Source: an uncultured Roseovarius sp.
Lineage (GTDB): Bacteria; Pseudomonadota; Alphaproteobacteria; Rhodobacterales; Rhodobacteraceae
Assembly: GCA_964010045.1 (NCBI GenBank)
Contig: CAXGIB010000002.1
Location: 81,917-145,916 of the forward strand
Direction of reading: 5' to 3'
DNA: 64,000 nt
Of the stretch, positions 59,238-64,000 are shown piece after piece. The notes under the pieces were generated by a model. It saw nothing but the letters and a program-made list of their open reading frames with translations. It ran no database searches and had not been told where the DNA came from. The stretch's first letter is position 1; each line of letters begins with the position of its first letter. The translations under genes were made by a program, and so were the position numbers.

Positions 59238-60179
59238 ATGCGCGCGCTTCTCGTCCTGCTCTGCCTTGCCGCCCCCGCCCTCGCCAGCCAGGAGATCGCC
59301 GACAAGTATCCCGGCTCGCCCCTCTATGACGAGCCGGTCGAGGTCATCCCCGGCGTCTGGTCCGCCATCGGGGCCACCGCGCCCCCGACCTACGAGAACG
59401 CGGGGCACAACAACAACCTCAGCTTCATCGTCACCGGCGAAGGGGTCGTGGTGATGAATTCGGGTGCCTCCTATGCCCTGGCCGAGGCGCTGCACGCCGA
59501 GATCCGCCGCATCACCGATCAGCCGGTCCGGCTCGTCTTCAACGAGAACGGACAGGGCCATGCCATGCTCGGCAACGGCTACTGGGTGGACCAGGGCGTG
59601 CCGGTCATCGCGCATGTCGATGCGGCGGCGGAGTTCGCCGACCAGGGGGGCGGCGATCTGGCCGCGGCGCGGCGCATCACCGGCGAACAGGCCGCGCGCA
59701 CGCGGGTGGAGCCGCCGACCGAGACCTTCGAGCAGGAATACATCGTCGAGATGGGCGATTTCCGTATCGAGGCGCGTCATCTCGGCCCCGCGCACAGCCC
59801 CGGCGATATCGTGCTCTGGATGCCCCGGCAAAGCCTTGTCATCTCCGGCGACATGGCCTTTCACGAGCGCATGTTGCCGATTTTCGAGAACACCATCACG
59901 CGCGACTGGCTGGAAACCTGGGATACGGCCTTCGAGCCGCTCGGCGCGACCTATGTGATCCCCGGTCACGGGCATCCGACGAACATGGACCAGGTGCGGC
60001 GCTACACCAAGGGCTATCTCGAATACCTGCGCGCGCGGATCGGCGAGCATATCGAGGCGGGCGGCGATCTGGCGGATGCCTATTATGTCGATCAGTCGCC
60101 CTATGCCCATCTCGACACGTTTGAGGAACTGGCGACCAGGAATGCCGGTCGTGTCTACGAGCAGATGGAATGGGAATGA
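59238..60179 (+). CDS. MBL-fold protein, Sec-exported, with degenerate HxHxDH motif (SoxH-like context)
   Basis: Signal peptide MRALLVLLCLAAPALASQ. MBL blocks AHSPGD, ISGD and PGHGH are present, but motif 2 reads NENGQGH. Confidence 0.78.
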   Translation: MRALLVLLCLAAPALASQEIADKYPGSPLYDEPVEVIPGVWSAIGATAPPTYENAGHNNNLSFIVTGEGVVVMNSGASYALAEALHAEIRRITDQPVRLVFNENGQGHAMLGNGYWVDQGVPVIAHVDAAAEFADQGGGDLAAARRITGEQAARTRVEPPTETFEQEYIVEMGDFRIEARHLGPAHSPGDIVLWMPRQSLVISGDMAFHERMLPIFENTITRDWLETWDTAFEPLGATYVIPGHGHPTNMDQVRRYTKGYLEYLRARIGEHIEAGGDLADAYYVDQSPYAHLDTFEELATRNAGRVYEQMEWE

Positions 60180-60182
60180 CGT

Positions 60183-61247
60183 TCAGGCCAGCGCCGGGCG
60201 CGTGACCGCATGGCGCAGGGCAAGATGCGTTGCCATCGCGCCCAGCCACATCGCACCGACGGCGATCCAGGCGGTCAAGGCAAAGATCGCGCCGCCCGAC
60301 ATCCCCGCGCCGACCGCGCAGCCGCCCGCCAGCATCGCGCCGAAGCCCATCAGCGCGGCACCCAGAAGATATCTTTCGGTCGGGGTGTCGGGGCCGAAGC
60401 GTTCGAGCCGCCATTCCCGCGTGATCAGCGCCGTGGTCCCCGCGCCCACGAACACCCCCGGCACCAGCCCCACGCCGAAGCCGAGCGGCAGGGCGGTCTC
60501 GTTGACGAGTCCCATGAGCGTATCGGTCGAGGGACCGGTGAAGGTCACGGAAGAGAGGGGCACCACCTCGAAGGAGGTCTGTGCGATCAGGTAGGTGACG
60601 AGCCAGCCAAACCCCACCGCCACCCCGACAAGCGCAGCGGCCAGCGCGTGGGAGGGGCGCACCTGGCGGGCATGGGCAAGCGCGAAGGATCCGAGCAGCA
60701 CCAGCGCCGCGATGCCCGCCGCCGCCTCCGACGACAGGCCGACCACGGTGAGCATGTTGCGCGCCGCGCCGCCGGGCACCGTCCAGAGCCCGGCGACCGC
60801 TTCGCGGGCGGGGGCGAGGATACCCCGCAGCGACGCCTGCGCCACCAGCGTCAGCACCAGCCCCGCCACGAGCGCCCGCAGGTTGCCGGTGGCCGAGAGC
60901 ACCAGCAGGCGGCTCGCGCAGCCCCGGGCAAGGATCATGCCCGCCCCGAACATGAGCCCGCCCACGATCGCGCCCGAAAGGCTTCCGGTGGCGGCGAGCG
61001 GGCGCGCGGCGCTCACGTCGAGCCAGCCGAGCGCGATCGCGCCTTGCACCGAGAGCACCCCGGCGGAGAAGGCGATGAGCCAGATGGCAAGGCGCGGCCC
61101 GATGCAGCGTTCGGCAAGTTCCACCGTCGCCGCGCGCAGGCAGAAACGCGAATGCTGTGCCGCCGCACCGAAGAGCAGGCCCACAAGCGCACCCGCCATG
61201 GCCAGCACGGCACCGTCGCCCCAGGTGTCGATGAGTGTTTCAAGCAT
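60183..61247 (-). CDS. Full-length YeeE/YedE-family sulfur-compound transporter
   Basis: 354 aa with two internal repeats, each carrying the conserved Cys loop (ARGCASR, AGGCAVG). Confidence 0.88.
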   Translation of the reverse strand: MLETLIDTWGDGAVLAMAGALVGLLFGAAAQHSRFCLRAATVELAERCIGPRLAIWLIAFSAGVLSVQGAIALGWLDVSAARPLAATGSLSGAIVGGLMFGAGMILARGCASRLLVLSATGNLRALVAGLVLTLVAQASLRGILAPAREAVAGLWTVPGGAARNMLTVVGLSSEAAAGIAALVLLGSFALAHARQVRPSHALAAALVGVAVGFGWLVTYLIAQTSFEVVPLSSVTFTGPSTDTLMGLVNETALPLGFGVGLVPGVFVGAGTTALITREWRLERFGPDTPTERYLLGAALMGFGAMLAGGCAVGAGMSGGAIFALTAWIAVGAMWLGAMATHLALRHAVTRPALA

Positions 61248-61353
61248 GGCATGGGCCGATCATGAAAGAATGACGATACCATACACATTCGCGGGCGCGC
61301 ATGTCTTGACTTGTGTCAACCGGACCACGGCGAGCGTGGCCCGGTTGACCGTG

Positions 61354-61782
61354 TTACTCGAGCGCGTCCTGCACGATCTCGTCGAGGAAGGCCTGCACCT
61401 TCTGCATCTCGCCCTCGGGCATGTTGCGATAGCCCACCATCACCTTGCCCTCGCGCTCGGCCACGAAGATGCCATAGGGGCAATGGGCAATGTTCATCGG
61501 GTCGGCCTCCATCACCTCACGCGAGAGGGTGGCCGAGCAAAAGAGGAAGATATCCGCCGCCTCGAAGATGGTCGCGTTGCTGCCCACATCGGCACCCGTG
61601 CGGTTGAGCATGTCGCCCACATGGCTGCGCAGGTCGATGACGAGGCCCCTGTCGATGATCGCGCTCTCGACCGCGAAAGTGGCATCCTCGAAGCTGCCTT
61701 CGAACGGATAGGTGGTGGCCTCTTCCGCCAGGGCGGGCAGGGCGGCGAGGCTCACGAGCCCTGCAAGAATGGTCTGTCTCAT
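61354..61782 (-). CDS. DUF302 domain protein, secreted
   Basis: Internal ATG after AAGGAG. A signal peptide is followed by the DUF302 pattern (..FAVESAI...GLVI...H.G.ML...). Confidence 0.85.
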   Translation of the reverse strand: MRQTILAGLVSLAALPALAEEATTYPFEGSFEDATFAVESAIIDRGLVIDLRSHVGDMLNRTGADVGSNATIFEAADIFLFCSATLSREVMEADPMNIAHCPYGIFVAEREGKVMVGYRNMPEGEMQKVQAFLDEIVQDALE

Positions 61783-61814
61783 GAGGTTTTCTCCTTTGGC
61801 AATGATGTGCATCT

Positions 61815-63089
61815 TCATCCGAACATGTCCGCCGTGATCCCGGCATACCAGCCCACGGATTCCTCGAAGGTGGCCTTGCGGGTGGCCGTATCCTCGCCGG
61901 TCTGCGAGATGAAACCGTCCACCTTGGCGATCTTCTCCTCGGTGGCCTCATAGGTCGCGCCGACCTTGACGCCATCGTTCTCGGCGATGAGCGACCAGCA
62001 GGTATTGGTGAACTTGGCCGGGAACACCTTGGATCCGGTCAACGCACCGCGCACCGCCATGGCACAGACCTTGGCCTGGGAATTGGCGGCGAAGCCGGAT
62101 TTCGGCATGTCGCCCTGCGCGGCGGCATCGCCCAGCACATGCACGTCCGGGTCCGTCCTCGAGGACATGTCGGCGGCATTGACGGGGGCCCAGCGGCCAT
62201 CGGTGACACCCGCAAGATGGGCGATGCGGCCCGCCTGCTGCGCCGGGATGACGTTGCAGACATCGACCTTCTCCACGGTGCCGTCGATATCGACGGTCAT
62301 GGCTTCGGGATCGACACGCACGTTCGTGCCGCCGAAATCGGGACCGATTCGTTCTACCATGCCTCCATAATGCCTTTGCCAGCCCTCCTCGAACAGCGCC
62401 TGTTTGGAGAACTTCTCCTTGGGGTCGATCACCAGGATCTTGGCGGTGGGATTGGTCTGTTTCAGCACATGCGCCACCATCGAGACCCGCTCGTAGGGTC
62501 CGGGCGGGCAGCGGTAGGGGTTCGGCGGCGCAACCATGGCGAAAAGCCCGCCCTCGGGCATGGCCATGATCTGCGCCTTCAGGAGCTCGCTCTGCGATCC
62601 GGCCTTGTAGGCGTGCGGCATCCGGTTCTGCGCGGCGACCGACCAGCCGGGCACGGCGTCCTCGACGAAGTCGATGCCGGGGCTGAGGATAAGCTTGTCA
62701 TAGGAGAGCAGCGCGCCGCCTCCCAGCGATACCGTCTTCGCGTCCCGGTCAATCGCGATGGCCCGGTCATGGATGACGTTGATCCCGTATGTCACGGCCA
62801 GCGCGCCATAGGTATGCGCGATTTCCTCGAGTCCGGTAAACCCGCCGATATAGAGGTTCGAGAAGAAGCAGGTGAAATAGCTGCGCGTGGGCTCGACCAG
62901 CGTGACATCGATCGCCCCCTTGCTGTCCTTGGCGATGTAGCGCGCCGCTGTCGCTCCGCCCGCGCCGCCGCCGATCACGACAACGCGCGGCCTGCCCGCA
63001 CCCTCTGCCAGCACTGCGGGGACCGAAAGCGTGGCAGCCGCAGCCGTTCCAACGGCAATGAAATGGCGTCGGTTCAAGGTCATGGTCAC
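61815..63089 (-). CDS. Flavocytochrome c sulfide dehydrogenase flavoprotein subunit (FccB/SoxF-like)
   Basis: TAT signal LNRRHFIAVGTAAAA, FAD-binding VVVIGGGAGGATAA, and PPNPYRCPPGPYER, which is typical of FccB. Confidence 0.9.
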   Translation of the reverse strand: MTMTLNRRHFIAVGTAAAATLSVPAVLAEGAGRPRVVVIGGGAGGATAARYIAKDSKGAIDVTLVEPTRSYFTCFFSNLYIGGFTGLEEIAHTYGALAVTYGINVIHDRAIAIDRDAKTVSLGGGALLSYDKLILSPGIDFVEDAVPGWSVAAQNRMPHAYKAGSQSELLKAQIMAMPEGGLFAMVAPPNPYRCPPGPYERVSMVAHVLKQTNPTAKILVIDPKEKFSKQALFEEGWQRHYGGMVERIGPDFGGTNVRVDPEAMTVDIDGTVEKVDVCNVIPAQQAGRIAHLAGVTDGRWAPVNAADMSSRTDPDVHVLGDAAAQGDMPKSGFAANSQAKVCAMAVRGALTGSKVFPAKFTNTCWSLIAENDGVKVGATYEATEEKIAKVDGFISQTGEDTATRKATFEESVGWYAGITADMFG

Positions 63090-63111
63090 TCCTCCCTCTT
63101 GCGGACCGCGT

Positions 63112-63816
63112 CTATTCGAGGTCCTTGAAATAGGCCGCCAGCGCCGCGATCTCCTCGTTCGACAGGCGCCCGGCCATCATCTGCATCACCGGATGGGGAC
63201 GCAGCTTGTCCTTGTAGGCATGCATGGCGATCACGAAATCCTCCACCGGCCAGCGGGTGATCGAGGGGATGCCCGCGTTCGAGCCGTCGGCCTGGTGGCA
63301 GCTCACGCATTCGCTGCTGAGGTATTCGCCATAGGCCGGATCGCCCTGGATGGCGAGGATCTCGGGGTCCACCGAATGATCCGTGCCCCGCGCCGTCGGC
63401 GGGGCCTCGGGAATATTGGCCGGATTGTCGGAAAAGCGCCGCAGATAGGCGAGCAGATCGGCGCGCCTTTGGGGATCGTCCATCCCGGGATAGCTCATCC
63501 GGGTCCGGGACACGAGCGCGCGCGGATTGGCGATATAGGCGTCGAGCGTGCGGAAATTCCAGACAAGCCCGTCCGCGCCCGCCCGCCGCATCGCGGCAGA
63601 GTAGGCAAACCCTTCCCTTGCGGCTGCGCGGCGTCCGAAGATGCCGTTGAGATGCGGGCCGATCCCGTCCGTGGCCCCTTGCCCGATCTCGTGACAGCCG
63701 GAGCAGTCCTCGAACACCTCCGCGCCGCGCTCGGCATCGCCCAGGGGTTCGGCACGGGTAAGCCCCGCCGCGAGGATCGCGGCAAGGCCGAGGGTCAGGG
63801 ATGACCCGCGTGCCAT
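63112..63816 (-). CDS. Diheme c-type cytochrome (FccA/SoxE-like)
   Basis: Signal peptide plus two heme-binding motifs, CSGCH and CVSCH. Confidence 0.85.
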   Translation of the reverse strand: MARGSSLTLGLAAILAAGLTRAEPLGDAERGAEVFEDCSGCHEIGQGATDGIGPHLNGIFGRRAAAREGFAYSAAMRRAGADGLVWNFRTLDAYIANPRALVSRTRMSYPGMDDPQRRADLLAYLRRFSDNPANIPEAPPTARGTDHSVDPEILAIQGDPAYGEYLSSECVSCHQADGSNAGIPSITRWPVEDFVIAMHAYKDKLRPHPVMQMMAGRLSNEEIAALAAYFKDLE

Positions 63817-63818
63817 GG

Positions 63819-64000
63819 CTAGTTGCCAAAGCTCGCAAGATAGGCGGCGATGGCGGCCCGATCTTCGGCGGACTTGAGGCCCGCGAAGCTCATCTTCGTG
63901 CCCTTCATGAACCCGCGCGGGTTTTCGAGAAAGGCCGAAAGGGTCTCTTCGGTCCAGACAAGGCCATCGTCGGCCATGGCCTGAAGCGCGCCGGAATATT
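63819..64000 (-). CDS. Class I c-type cytochrome, C-terminal fragment (gene continues beyond window)
   Basis: My own minus-strand translation gives ...YSGALQAMADDGLVWTEETLSAFLENPRGFMKGTKMSFAGLKSAEDRAAIAAYLASFGN*. This is a typical cytochrome c2/c550 C-terminus with the Met ligand region. It is not in the ORF track because it is under 60 codons in the window. Confidence 0.7.
   Translation of the reverse strand, partial: YSGALQAMADDGLVWTEETLSAFLENPRGFMKGTKMSFAGLKSAEDRAAIAAYLASFGN

Overview
This is a very GC-rich segment with strong third-position GC bias. Gene content and synteny look like the chromosome of a Rhodobacteraceae-type alphaproteobacterium. I support about 60 densely packed protein genes. 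Starts were refined from the ORF track using internal Met/GTG/TTG codons with Shine-Dalgarno-like purine tracts. I saw no rRNA, tRNA, CRISPR array, integrase, transposase or phage genes.

Content in order:
- A DMT transporter, an AhpD-like protein and a DUF1989 protein.
- A Met/His-rich outer-membrane barrel with a DUF2946-like partner.
- A LexA-box-preceded dnaE2 that appears to lack its C-terminal end.
- An ABC-2 exporter, an SGNH hydrolase, a CoxG protein, a decayed CoA-transferase pseudogene and a NYN/OST-HTH protein.
- An orphan imuB behind a perfect alphaproteobacterial SOS box.
- A ureohydrolase / NlpC-P60 / M17 aminopeptidase operon and a beta-carbonic anhydrase.
- A large fatty-acid beta-oxidation cluster with two MerR paralogs and two PaaI thioesterases.
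- A MATE pump, and a thiamine pyrophosphokinase overlapping an MFS-like transporter.
- A 735-aa highly acidic protein, then mutT-argJ-PPIase, secA, a PstS-OmpA fusion, and radC-dnaJ-dnaK.
- An RND pump, tandem HdeD-like genes and yjbH-yjbF.
- A sulfide/thiosulfate cluster: YeeE/YedE genes, two MBL hydrolases, DUF302, a flavocytochrome c and c-type cytochromes.

I do not see a convincing self-contained novel multi-gene system such as a defence island. The items most worth a second look are:
- the split and partly decayed SOS mutagenesis cassette;
- a nested-palindrome MITE/REP-like element inside the beta-oxidation operon;
- the MerR pair with an ACGT-core operator array;
- an ATTC-N8-GAAT (SqrR/BigR-type) operator in the sulfur cluster;
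- several small or unusual ORFs.
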